Part shown: one piece after another, positions 48,046-57,350 of the stretch
How positions within the stretch are numbered: the first letter of the stretch is position 1
Layout of the letters: every line of letters begins with the position of its first letter
Assembly (NCBI GenBank): GCA_014799505.1
Contig: JAAVHV010000007.1
Coordinates: 4,054-68,053, forward strand
Direction of reading: 5' to 3'
DNA: 64,000 nucleotides
From: Clostridiales bacterium
GTDB lineage: Bacteria > Bacillota > Clostridia > Oscillospirales > Oscillospiraceae
The notes under the pieces: generated by a model
The model's input: the letters and a program-made list of their open reading frames with translations, nothing else
The model's database searches: none
Told to the model about the DNA's origin: nothing
Program-made: the position numbers and the translations under genes

Positions 48046-50046
48046 TCAGGTTTTGTGGCTCTCCACAATGGCGCCGCCGCGGAAGGCGGCCACCAGGTCG
48101 ACCAGCTCGTCGATCTGGCCCTGGAGCCGCTGGCCGATGTCGGTCTGGCGGATCATGGCCCGGCTCTCCAGCCGCTCGAACACCTGGGAGGTAGAGGCGA
48201 TGTCCCAGTTTTCGTGGATGGCGGCGGCCTTGCCCACGAAGGGTTCGTGGGCCACCAGCCGGAAGTAGTTGGAGCTGTAGATCAGGGTGTACCCGGCGAT
48301 GCCGGTGGTTTTTTGATAGGCCTTGCAGAAGCCGCCGTCGATGACCACCAGCCTGCCGCCGCCCTTGACGGGACTCTCCCCCTTCTTGGATTTCACGGGG
48401 ACGTGGCCGTTGATGATGTGGCAGTGGGGGCCCTCCAGGCCGAACTCCCTCAAAATGCCCTCGCACACCGCGGGGTCGTTGTACAGGCGGTAGTAAGCGT
48501 TTTTGGTCTCCGCCCAGGTGGATTCGTCGGCGACGAAGCGGCGCTCGAAGGTGGTCATGCGATCCCGGCCGAAGATGGGGCTGTTCCGCCCCGCCCACAG
48601 CCACCAAAGGAAATCCATGCCCTGCTGGCGCTCCGGGGAGCCGACCTTGTTGTAGTAGGCCCGGCGGGCCAGCTGGTCGGCGTAATCCAGGAATTTCCGG
48701 CCCGATAGGCTGTCGCAGCCCATGATGGAGAAGCGCATGAGGGAGCCGTCCTCATGCATGGGGATGCAGCCGTGGAAGAGCAGGTTGCCGTTGTAGACGC
48801 GGTACAGGCTGCCCTTGGAGTAGAGGAAGCGGACGTGGCGCTGGAGCTTCTCGCTGTGGCGGAAGGACCGGGTCAGGGTGTTGATGAGGGTGTCCTCCGA
48901 CCGGGTGAGGGCGTAGGGATCCGCCGGGTTTACGGTGGGGAAGTCGGTGTCCAGCATGGGGTGGGTCACGCCGTCAATGGTGATGGTTTTGGCGTCGTAG
49001 TCGATCTTGTCCAGCAGCAGCCGGTCACCCATGAGGAAGTCGGGGTTGCGCCGGATCTTCTGGCCCTCCAGCTTGAACAGGATCATGGAGATGGCCTTGT
49101 GCATCCGGGCGCACAGCAGCCTGTCCCGGTCGGTGGTCTTGTCCTCGTCCTCCTTGGCGATCTTCACCTCAAAGCGGCTGATGTCGCAGTGGCGGTAGAA
49201 CTCGTCGGCAAAGACGGACAGGGGCCGCAGGGAGATGCCGTAGCCCGTCTCGATGGTCTCCAGGTTGTTGTAGCGCAGGGAGTTGGCCAGCACGGTGGCC
49301 ACCAGCGTCCGGGAGCCGGAGGCCGCGCCCATCCACAGGATGTCGTGGTTGCCCCACTGGATGTCCACGCTGTGGTACCGCATCAGGCTGTCCATGATGA
49401 CGTCCGCGCCGGGGCCCCGGTCGAAGATGTCGCCCACCAGGTGGAGGTGGTCCACCGCCAGGCGCTTGATGAGCGCGCACAGCTGGATGAGGAAGTTGGA
49501 GGCCCGGTCCAGGTCGATGATGGTGCTGATGATGTTCTCGTAATAGTCCCGCTTGTCCGCCTCGTTCTTCTCGTAGTGGGTGTGGATCAACTCGTCGATG
49601 ATATAGGCGTATTCGGGGGGCATAGCCTTGCGCACCTTGGAGCGGGTGTACTTGGCGCTGACCAGGCAGCACAGGTCGATGAGCCGGTGGAAGGTGATGC
49701 GGTACCACTCCCGCATATCCTCCGTCTCCCGCTCGATCTCCTCCAGCTTCTCCTCGGGGTAGTAGATGAGGGTGGCCAGCTGGTCCCGGTCGGACCGGGG
49801 GACGGTGGTGCCCAGCAGCTCGTCGATCTTCACCCGCACCACGCCGGAGGCGGAGTTGAGGATGTGCTGGAACGCCTCGAACTCCCCATGGACGTCGGAG
49901 ATGAAGTGCTCGGTCCCCTTAGGGAGGTTCTGGATGGCCCGCAGGTTGATGATCTCCGTGCTGGCGGACTGGACGGTGGGGTACCGGCGGGCCAGCAGCT
50001 TCAGGTATTCCAGCCGTTCGGGGGAAAAGGTGACGGTGGGCTTCAT
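48046..50046 (-). CDS. fbp: Fructose-1,6-bisphosphatase class III
   Basis: LPKGTEHFISDVHGE, GDIFDRGP, WGNHD, IDGGFCKAYQ. Confidence 0.95.
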   Translation of the reverse strand: MKPTVTFSPERLEYLKLLARRYPTVQSASTEIINLRAIQNLPKGTEHFISDVHGEFEAFQHILNSASGVVRVKIDELLGTTVPRSDRDQLATLIYYPEEKLEEIERETEDMREWYRITFHRLIDLCCLVSAKYTRSKVRKAMPPEYAYIIDELIHTHYEKNEADKRDYYENIISTIIDLDRASNFLIQLCALIKRLAVDHLHLVGDIFDRGPGADVIMDSLMRYHSVDIQWGNHDILWMGAASGSRTLVATVLANSLRYNNLETIETGYGISLRPLSVFADEFYRHCDISRFEVKIAKEDEDKTTDRDRLLCARMHKAISMILFKLEGQKIRRNPDFLMGDRLLLDKIDYDAKTITIDGVTHPMLDTDFPTVNPADPYALTRSEDTLINTLTRSFRHSEKLQRHVRFLYSKGSLYRVYNGNLLFHGCIPMHEDGSLMRFSIMGCDSLSGRKFLDYADQLARRAYYNKVGSPERQQGMDFLWWLWAGRNSPIFGRDRMTTFERRFVADESTWAETKNAYYRLYNDPAVCEGILREFGLEGPHCHIINGHVPVKSKKGESPVKGGGRLVVIDGGFCKAYQKTTGIAGYTLIYSSNYFRLVAHEPFVGKAAAIHENWDIASTSQVFERLESRAMIRQTDIGQRLQGQIDELVDLVAAFRGGAIVESHKT

Positions 50047-50061
50047 GGCGCGTCCTCCTTG

Positions 50062-50664
50062 TCAGATTTCTCGACGCCCCTCCAGCGCCCGCATGAGGGT
50101 GGCGTCGTCGGCAAATTCCAAATGGCTGCCCACGGGGATGCCATAGGCCAGACGGGTGGTCTTTACCCCGAAAGGCTTGAGCAGGCGGGACAGGTACATG
50201 GCGGTGGTCTCCCCCTCGGTGTCCGGGTTGGTGGCCATGATGACCTCCTCGACGCCTCCCTCCGCCACCCGCTCCACCAGCTGCTGGACGCGCAGGTCGT
50301 CCGGGCCCACGTGGTTCATGGGGGAGATGACCCCGTGGAGGACGTGGTACACCCCGGCGTACTCCTTGGAGCGCTCCATGGCCACCACGTCCTTGGGGTC
50401 GGCCACCACGCACACCACGCTGTGGTCCCGCTTGGACGAGGCGCAGATGGCGCACTCCCCGTCCCCGTCGGTGAGGTTTTGGCACACCGGGCAGCAGCCG
50501 ATGGAGGATTTCGCGTCCAGCAGGGCGGCGGCAAAATCTTTTGCCGTCTGCTCCGGCTGATCTAAGATGTAGAAGGCCAGCCGCTGGGCGCTCTTGCGGC
50601 CCACGCCGGGCAGCTTGGCGAACTGCTCCACCAGGGTTTCCAGGGCGGCGGGAAAATAGTCCAT
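50062..50664 (-). CDS. recR: Recombination protein RecR
   Basis: LPGVGRKSAQRLA, C4 zinc finger, YHVLHG, TOPRIM. Confidence 0.97.
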   Translation of the reverse strand: MDYFPAALETLVEQFAKLPGVGRKSAQRLAFYILDQPEQTAKDFAAALLDAKSSIGCCPVCQNLTDGDGECAICASSKRDHSVVCVVADPKDVVAMERSKEYAGVYHVLHGVISPMNHVGPDDLRVQQLVERVAEGGVEEVIMATNPDTEGETTAMYLSRLLKPFGVKTTRLAYGIPVGSHLEFADDATLMRALEGRREI

Positions 50665-50675
50665 ATCGATGTCTC

Positions 50676-51089
50676 CTAATCGCTTATTCCCTGCACGATC
50701 TCTTGATAGACCTGCTCTGCATCACGCATTGCGCCATTGAATGCAGGCCACGCATCTATCCCATCATCCTTTTTTCTTGGAATGATATGTATATGAAAAT
50801 GAGGGACTGATTGTCCGGCGCTTTCATCACTTGCGTTCAGCAGATTCACTCCATCATATCCACATTTATCTACCAATTGATTGGAAATATTTTTGACCGT
50901 ATTCATCAAATGAGTCAATGTATCAGGATCGCAATCCAAAATATTTTTTACATGGACCTTTGGCACTGCCAAAATATGGGCATCAACATCCATAGCAACA
51001 TCCATGAAAGACAGCGTGTGCTCATCTTCATATATTTTTCGAGATGGGATCTCGCCTCTGATGATTTTACAAAAAACGCAATCATCCAT
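50676..51089 (-). CDS. HIT-family protein
   Basis: CVFCKI, GQSVPHFHIHIIPR; lower GC than neighbours. Confidence 0.93.
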   Translation of the reverse strand: MDDCVFCKIIRGEIPSRKIYEDEHTLSFMDVAMDVDAHILAVPKVHVKNILDCDPDTLTHLMNTVKNISNQLVDKCGYDGVNLLNASDESAGQSVPHFHIHIIPRKKDDGIDAWPAFNGAMRDAEQVYQEIVQGISD

Positions 51090-51109
51090 TATTTTTTCTC
51101 CTTAATCGG

Positions 51110-51769
51110 CTAAGATACTGATCTGGCTTGGCGCAGGGCTTCGATGGCCGCCGCCGGGTCGTCCGCGCCGTAGACAGCGCTGCCCGCCACCAGCACCGTG
51201 GCCCCGGCGTCAATGACGGCTTTCGCGTTGGCGGGTCCCACGCCGCCGTCCACCTCCAGCTCACAGCCGGGGTTGTATTTATCAATGATGGCCCGAACCT
51301 CCCGGATGGTGTCCAGCTGGCTTTCCATAAACTTCTGCCCGCCGAAGCCCGGCTCCACCGTCATCACCAGCACCATGTCAAGCCCCTCGATGTAGGGCAG
51401 GATGGCTTTGGCGGAGGTAATGGGCCGCAGGGCGACGGCTTTTTTCACCCCATTGGCCTCCATGGCCCGCAGGGCGTCGGCGATGCGGGTGGGGTGGTCG
51501 GCCTCCAGGTGGACGCTGAGCAGGTCGGCCCCCGCCTTGCAGAAATCGTCGATGTACCGCGCGGGCTTGTCGATCATCAGGTGAACGTCCAAAAACATAT
51601 CCGTGTGTTTCCGGATGGACCGCACCACCGGCGCGCCGATGGTGATATTGGGGACAAACATTCCGTCCATCACGTCCACATGGAGCCAGTCCGCCGAGGA
51701 CACCCGGCGGATGTCAGCCTCCAAATTGCAAAAATCCGCCGAAAGGATGGAGGGCGCCACTTTGACCAT
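51110..51769 (-). CDS. rpe: Ribulose-phosphate 3-epimerase
   Basis: APSILSADF, HVDVMDG, MTVEPGFGGQ, VDGG. Confidence 0.97.
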   Translation of the reverse strand: MVKVAPSILSADFCNLEADIRRVSSADWLHVDVMDGMFVPNITIGAPVVRSIRKHTDMFLDVHLMIDKPARYIDDFCKAGADLLSVHLEADHPTRIADALRAMEANGVKKAVALRPITSAKAILPYIEGLDMVLVMTVEPGFGGQKFMESQLDTIREVRAIIDKYNPGCELEVDGGVGPANAKAVIDAGATVLVAGSAVYGADDPAAAIEALRQARSVS

Positions 51770-52052
51770 GATTTTTACCCCTTCTTTTGTGGATTTGTTT
51801 GACAGTCAGGCCAGACGAAAGCCGCCCGGGCGATACACCCCCGCCCAACCGCCACATAAGATAAAATACGCGGAGGTCGCCGCCAGGGTCGGCTGGGCGG
51901 TTCCCCCACGCCCCCGCTCGCGCCCAGTCTGGCGTTTGGACGGCGCGCCGCACCTGAATACCCCCCATCGCCGCCATCGCGGCGGTGGGGGGAGTGTGAA
52001 TTACTCTCTCACCCCGCCCGTTGGGCGGGGTGACGTCATGTCTGCGGCTTTT

Positions 52053-53276
52053 TTATCCCGTGATGGTGCCGCTGAGGGGCACCTCTTTGACCTGATAGCC
52101 CGCTTGGCGCAGGGCGTCCATGATCTCTGTCTTGTGGCCCAGGCCGAAGGCCTCCAGCGTGACCTTCAGCTCCACCCCCGCCTGGCGGTTGATGTTGACG
52201 AACTGGTTGTGGTCCAGCTTGATGATATTGCCGTTGAGCTTGGCCACCAGGTCGGCGATGCGCAGCAGCTCGCCGGGCCGGTCGGGCAGCTGCACCGAGA
52301 AGGTGAAGATGCGCCCCCGGTTGATGAGCCCGTGCTGCACGAGGGAGGAAATGGTGATGACGTCCATGTTGCCGCCGGACAGTACGGGGACCACATTCTG
52401 CCCCTGGCAGTCCAGGTGCTTTAGGGCGGCGATGGTGAGCAGGCCGGCGTTTTCCACGATCATCTTGTGCTTTTCCATCACGTCCAGGAAGGCGTCCACC
52501 AGCTCGTCGTCGTCGATGGTGATGATGCCGTCCAGGTTCTTCTGGATATAGGGGAACACCTGGTCGCCGGGGGTCTTAACGGCCACGCCGTCGGCGATGG
52601 TGCTGATGGGGTTCACGGTGACCACATGGCCCGCCTCCAGGCTGGCTTTCATAGACGCCGCCCCGGAGGGCTCCACGCCGATGACCCGCACCGACGGGTT
52701 GAGCAGCTTGGCCAGGGTGGCCACCCCCGCCGCCAGACCGCCGCCGCCGATGGGCACCAAAATCACGTCCACGTCGGGCAGGTCTTTGAAGATCTCGTAG
52801 GCGATGGTGCCCTGGCCGGTGGAGACGGTCAGATCGTTGAAGGGGTGGACGTAGGTCAGCCCCTCCTCCTCGCTGAGCTGGGCGGCCAACGCCGCCGCGT
52901 CGTCGAAGGTCTCGCCGTGGAGGATCACCCTCGCGCCATAGTCCTTGGTGTTGTTCACCTTCACCAGAGGGGTGGTGGTGGGCATGACGATGGTGGCCTG
53001 CACACCCGCCGCCTGGGCGGCGTAGGCCACGCCCTGGGCGTGGTTGCCCGCGGAGGCGGTGACCAGCCCCCGGGCCTTCTCCTCGTCGGAGAGGGTGTAG
53101 CACTTGAAATAAGCGCCCCGGATCTTATATGCCCCGGTGACCTGCATGTTTTCCGGCTTGATGTACACGTGGTTGCCGGTGGTTTTGGTGAAAAAGGGGC
53201 TGTACATCAGATCCGTGCGGTGGAGCACGCCGTCCAGTATTTTCCGCGCCGCCCTGAAATCGTCTAACGTCATCAT
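52053..53276 (-). CDS. ilvA: Threonine ammonia-lyase with C-terminal ACT domain
   Basis: TGAYKIRGA, SAGNHAQG, PIGGGGL, SGGN. Confidence 0.92.
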   Translation of the reverse strand: MMTLDDFRAARKILDGVLHRTDLMYSPFFTKTTGNHVYIKPENMQVTGAYKIRGAYFKCYTLSDEEKARGLVTASAGNHAQGVAYAAQAAGVQATIVMPTTTPLVKVNNTKDYGARVILHGETFDDAAALAAQLSEEEGLTYVHPFNDLTVSTGQGTIAYEIFKDLPDVDVILVPIGGGGLAAGVATLAKLLNPSVRVIGVEPSGAASMKASLEAGHVVTVNPISTIADGVAVKTPGDQVFPYIQKNLDGIITIDDDELVDAFLDVMEKHKMIVENAGLLTIAALKHLDCQGQNVVPVLSGGNMDVITISSLVQHGLINRGRIFTFSVQLPDRPGELLRIADLVAKLNGNIIKLDHNQFVNINRQAGVELKVTLEAFGLGHKTEIMDALRQAGYQVKEVPLSGTITG

Positions 53277-53470
53277 TTGGAAAGACTCCCTTGTCTTAAT
53301 TGAAATTCCGAGTCTATTCTACCTCCCGCCCCTGGGGGGCGGGAGTATAATAGTATCCTATTTTACATGAAGAAATTGTTAAAGTCAACCGTCCCGGCCC
53401 CCTTCTTCTTGACAGAATGCCTGTTCGGGGAGTAAAATAGAGGCCAGAACTGGGAAAGGGGGCAAACACT

Positions 53471-54175
53471 TTGTCCTATGTAAAAAAACGCAGCGCGCTG
53501 CCCGTCTATTTCATCGGGGGGACCTGGCTTCTGTGGTCGCTGCTTGCCCCCCTGCACCGCCCCACCCACTATATCATGGCGGCGCTGGCCTCCCTGGTGG
53601 CCTACTACGTGGGTAAGATGCTCTTCCCGGACAAAGGGTACGAGATTGGGCAGTCCGCCCAGGCGGCCCCCCAGGCCCCGCCCCAGCCTGTTGCCAAGCA
53701 GGAGGCGAAGCCCCAAAAGCCGGAATCCACAGGGAATCCCGAGATCGACGCCCTGCTGGACGAGCGGGGAAAGGCCATCTCCGAAATGCGCAGGCTGAAT
53801 GAGTCCATCAAGGATGTGAAGATCTCCGGCCAGATCACCCAGCTGGAGACTACCACGGGCAAGATCATCGACGCCGTGGTGGAAAAGCCGTCCAAGCTGC
53901 CCCAGATCCGCAAGTTCATGAGCTACTACCTGCCCACCACGCTGAAGCTGCTCAACGCCTATGACCGGATGGACGCCACCGGCGTATCCGGCACCAACAT
54001 CGACGGCACCAAGGGCAAGATCGAGGATATGCTGGACACTGTCTGCACCGCCTTCACCCGCCAGCTGGACGACCTCTACGGCGAGGAGGCCATGGACGTG
54101 TCCGCCGAGATCTCCGTCATGGAGCGGATGCTGGCCCAGGAGGGCTTAAGCGGCATGACCCTGGGCGGATCGTGA
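53471..54175 (+). CDS. XpaC-like protein
   Basis: RKFMSYYLPTTLKLL motif; upstream of TelA-family gene. Confidence 0.85.
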   Translation: MSYVKKRSALPVYFIGGTWLLWSLLAPLHRPTHYIMAALASLVAYYVGKMLFPDKGYEIGQSAQAAPQAPPQPVAKQEAKPQKPESTGNPEIDALLDERGKAISEMRRLNESIKDVKISGQITQLETTTGKIIDAVVEKPSKLPQIRKFMSYYLPTTLKLLNAYDRMDATGVSGTNIDGTKGKIEDMLDTVCTAFTRQLDDLYGEEAMDVSAEISVMERMLAQEGLSGMTLGGS

Positions 54176-54477
54176 GGGGCGCCGTGAAAAAGAAAATCAA
54201 TCGGCAGGGGTATCGGACGCTGGCCATCGTGTGGACGCTGGCCGCCGCCGCCATGGCGGTGGCGTTTGTGCGGCGGCTGGCGGAGTTCAATCTGGCGCTG
54301 TTGCTCCTGCTGGCGCTGAGCGTGCTGGTGGCGGCCAACTTCTGGAAGAGCTATCGGCGGACGCCGGAGGAGGGCAGCGGCATAGACCCTTTTGCCACCC
54401 CGCCCAAATTCGCGGACGACCCAATTCTATTTGACGATGACCCAAATCAAACTTTGGAGGAGAAAGACCATGAGTGA
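54172..54477 (+). CDS. Small membrane protein
   Basis: Two TM segments; overlaps neighbours in operon. Confidence 0.6.
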   Translation: MRGAVKKKINRQGYRTLAIVWTLAAAAMAVAFVRRLAEFNLALLLLLALSVLVAANFWKSYRRTPEEGSGIDPFATPPKFADDPILFDDDPNQTLEEKDHE

Positions 54478-55681
54478 TGAACTGAACATGATGCCCGAGC
54501 TGACCCTGGACCCCACCGGCTCCGCCGCCGCGCAGGCGGCTGAGGCCGCCGTCCCCGCTGCCCCCGAGGCCCCCACGCTGACTCTGGAGAGCAGCATCAC
54601 CCCCGATGATGCCGCCGCCGTCCAGGCCGCCCGGGACGCCCAGGCCATCCAGCTGGACGAGAGCCAGCTCACTGAAGCGGAGCGGAAGGTGGTCAACGAC
54701 TTCGCTGAGAAGATCGACATCACCGATTCCTCCCAGGTGCTGCAATACGGCGCCTCCGCCCAGAAGAACATCGCCGGGTTCTCGGAGAACGCGCTGAACA
54801 ACGTGCGCACCAAAGATCTGGGCGAGGTGGGCGAGGCTCTGTCCTCCCTGGTGGTGGAGCTCAAGACCTTTGGCCAGGCGGAGAAGAAGGGCATCGCCGG
54901 CTTCTTCCAGAAGAAGAAAAACGAGCTGACCGCCATGAAAGCCAGCTATGACAAGGCGGAGGTCAATGTGGACAAGATCGCCTCCATCCTGGAGGGCCAC
55001 CAGGTCACCCTGATGAAGGACATCGCCATGCTGGACCAGATGTATGAGCTGAACACCAAGTATTATAAGGAGCTGACCATGTATATCCTGGCGGGTAAAA
55101 AAGCGCTGATGAAGGCCAGGAACGAGGAGCTGGAGGAGATGCGCAAGAAGGCCGCCGCTTCCGGCGCCCAGGAGGACGCCCAGAAGTACAACGACTACGC
55201 CAACCTGTGCAACCGCTTCGAGAAAAAGCTCCACGACCTGGAGCTGACCCGGATGATCTCCATCCAGATGGGGCCCCAGACCCGGATGATCCAGAACAAT
55301 GACGCGCTGATGCTGGAGAAGATCCAGTCCTCCCTGGTGAACACCATCCCCCTGTGGAAGAGCCAGATGGTGCTGGCCCTGGGTATGGAGCACTCCCGCC
55401 AGGCCACCGCCGCCCAGTCCGCCGTCACCAACATGACCAACGACCTGCTGCGCAAGAATGCGGAGATGCTGAAGATGGGCACCATCGAGACCGCCAAGGA
55501 GGCGGAGCGCTCCGTGGTGGACATCGAGACCCTCCAGCACACCAACGAACAGCTCATCTCCACCCTGGACGAGGTCATGCAGATCCAGAAGGAGGGCGCC
55601 CAGAAGCGCAAGGAGGCCGAGCTGGAGCTGGGCCGTATCGAGGGCGAGCTGAAGCAGAAGCTGCTTGAACTGAGAGGCTGA
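54470..55681 (+). CDS. Toxic anion resistance protein (TelA/YaaN family)
   Basis: QYGASAQ, LHDLELTR, NTIPLWKSQ; RBS GGAGG. Confidence 0.93.
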   Translation: MSDELNMMPELTLDPTGSAAAQAAEAAVPAAPEAPTLTLESSITPDDAAAVQAARDAQAIQLDESQLTEAERKVVNDFAEKIDITDSSQVLQYGASAQKNIAGFSENALNNVRTKDLGEVGEALSSLVVELKTFGQAEKKGIAGFFQKKKNELTAMKASYDKAEVNVDKIASILEGHQVTLMKDIAMLDQMYELNTKYYKELTMYILAGKKALMKARNEELEEMRKKAAASGAQEDAQKYNDYANLCNRFEKKLHDLELTRMISIQMGPQTRMIQNNDALMLEKIQSSLVNTIPLWKSQMVLALGMEHSRQATAAQSAVTNMTNDLLRKNAEMLKMGTIETAKEAERSVVDIETLQHTNEQLISTLDEVMQIQKEGAQKRKEAELELGRIEGELKQKLLELRG

Positions 55682-55811
55682 GCGCGAGCGTAGGCTGGCA
55701 GGCCCGGATGGACTGGAGCGAGGCCGAGCGCAGGGGCGCACAGCGCCCCGGAGACCAGGCCGAGTCGGAAGGAAGCCGGGCCGTCAAGCCAGCCCAATGC
55801 GAGCGTGACAA
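55679..55811 (+). repeat. Structured intergenic repeat, copy 2
   Basis: Homologous to 43340-43468 with compensatory stem changes. Confidence 0.75.
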
Positions 55812-55841
55812 TGCCGCATTCGCGTTAGAAAGGATTTCCTA

Positions 55842-56477
55842 ATGATGCCTGTATTTGGAATGAGAGCACTATGGATGCTTGTGGTCCCGGCGGCCCTGCT
55901 GGCGGTGATCGTGCTGTTCGTGGCGGGCAGGCGGGGGACCGGCGTATTCAAAAAGCAGGGTGTGGCCTGGTTCCTCACCATTGTGATGATCGTCGCCGCC
56001 ATCGGCATCGGCTATAACAAGGCCCACGCCTCCAGTACGCCGGAGCCCATTCGCCCCCCCGAGACTGTCCCGCCCAGCTCCGCCGACTATTCCTTCGTGT
56101 GGGATGACGCCAATGTGCTGTCCTCCCGGACGGTGCGGGCGCTGGACGAGCGCAACGACCGGCTGTGGAACAACTATGGCGTTACCATCGGCGTGGTCAC
56201 CTGCAACTACGGCTGGGATGACCTGGACAGCTACGCGCTGGAGTGCGCCGAGGACATGGGCCTGGGCGGCTACGACTTCATCGTGGCGCTGGACATCAGC
56301 GGCGACAACTACTGGCTGGTTCAGGGCGCTGATTTGGTCAGGGACTTCAGCGACCAGACCTGCTCTGACTACGCCTACGACTACATGGAGGGGCCCTTCG
56401 CCCGAGGCGACTATGACTCCGCCGTGCTCCAGCTTACCGAGATGCTGGAGGCGTGGTATGGGGTATACTACTTCTAG
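55842..56477 (+). CDS. TPM-domain protein
   Basis: VWDDANVLS, IGVVT, FARGDYDSAV. Confidence 0.8.
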   Translation: MMPVFGMRALWMLVVPAALLAVIVLFVAGRRGTGVFKKQGVAWFLTIVMIVAAIGIGYNKAHASSTPEPIRPPETVPPSSADYSFVWDDANVLSSRTVRALDERNDRLWNNYGVTIGVVTCNYGWDDLDSYALECAEDMGLGGYDFIVALDISGDNYWLVQGADLVRDFSDQTCSDYAYDYMEGPFARGDYDSAVLQLTEMLEAWYGVYYF

Positions 56478-56505
56478 CCGATATTTTTGAGAGGAGGCTG
56501 CGCTT

Positions 56506-57081
56506 ATGGATTGGATCGTTATTCTTATACTGGTGGTGCTGCTCCTGCTGGTGATCGAGGGCTCCCACCGGCGGCGCTATCACAGTGGCTACTACGGGCC
56601 CACCTATGTCTACCGGCCGTTCTACCTGTTCCCGCCCAGACCGCCCAGACCGCCCCGCCCGCCGCGCCATGCGCCTCCCCCGCCTCCCCGCGGGGGCCCC
56701 GGTTTTGGCCCTGGTCCTGGCCACGGTCCTGGCCCTGCGCCTGGCCGCGGTCCTGGTCCCGGCCCAGGTGTTGGCTTTGGCATGGGCGCACGGCCCGGTC
56801 CCGGCGCGGCGCCCCGGCCTAACCCCGGCCCCCGGCCCAGCGCGCCCCGTCCCGGCGGCTCTTTCGGCGGCGGACGGCCCAGCGCGCCCCGGCCCTCGGC
56901 GGGTTCCTTCGGCGGCAGCGGGCCCAGCAAATTTTCCGGCGGCGGCCGTCCCTCGGCGGGTTCCCGTCCCGGCGGGTCTTTTGGCGGCGGACGCTCCTTC
57001 GGCGGGGGCGGACGTCCCTCTGGCGGCGGCCGTCCCGGCGGCGGCTCCTTTGGTGGAGGACGCGGCGGCGGAAGGCGATAG
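56506..57081 (+). CDS. Membrane-anchored Pro/Gly-rich low-complexity protein
   Basis: RBS GGAGG; N-terminal TM; GPG and GGSFGGG repeats; terminator at about 57099-57130. Confidence 0.7.
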   Translation: MDWIVILILVVLLLLVIEGSHRRRYHSGYYGPTYVYRPFYLFPPRPPRPPRPPRHAPPPPPRGGPGFGPGPGHGPGPAPGRGPGPGPGVGFGMGARPGPGAAPRPNPGPRPSAPRPGGSFGGGRPSAPRPSAGSFGGSGPSKFSGGGRPSAGSRPGGSFGGGRSFGGGGRPSGGGRPGGGSFGGGRGGGRR

Positions 57082-57350
57082 AAAAGATCGGCGCTTGCAA
57101 GGAGACAGGCTTTTGCCTGTCTCCTTTTTTGTTATGTCTGGCTCCGCTTCCCATGCCCGGCTATCCCCGCGCTTCTTCTCTGTTTTGTCCAAAATTCGAT
57201 TTGCGGGGGAAAGAATTTCGACAACTATGGAGAAAATGAAAAAAGATGAAAAAAGGCGAGAAATCCCTATAAAGGTATGGTACAATGTCTTTGTATGTAT
57301 ACTAGGAGTCTGCGATGGGGCGGGCCAGGCCCGCAGGAAGGAATGAGCGC

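Noticed and set aside
45144-48194. 1016-aa + strand ORF and similar long antisense ORFs (19940-21775, 21504-23645, 34927-36819, 48754-50565)
   Set aside because: Antisense shadows of well-supported high-GC genes
51790-52045. GC-rich palindromic intergenic stretch (and similar at 31620-31755)
   Set aside because: REP-like hairpins with no second copy in the window and no recognisable RNA family; cannot support a specific call
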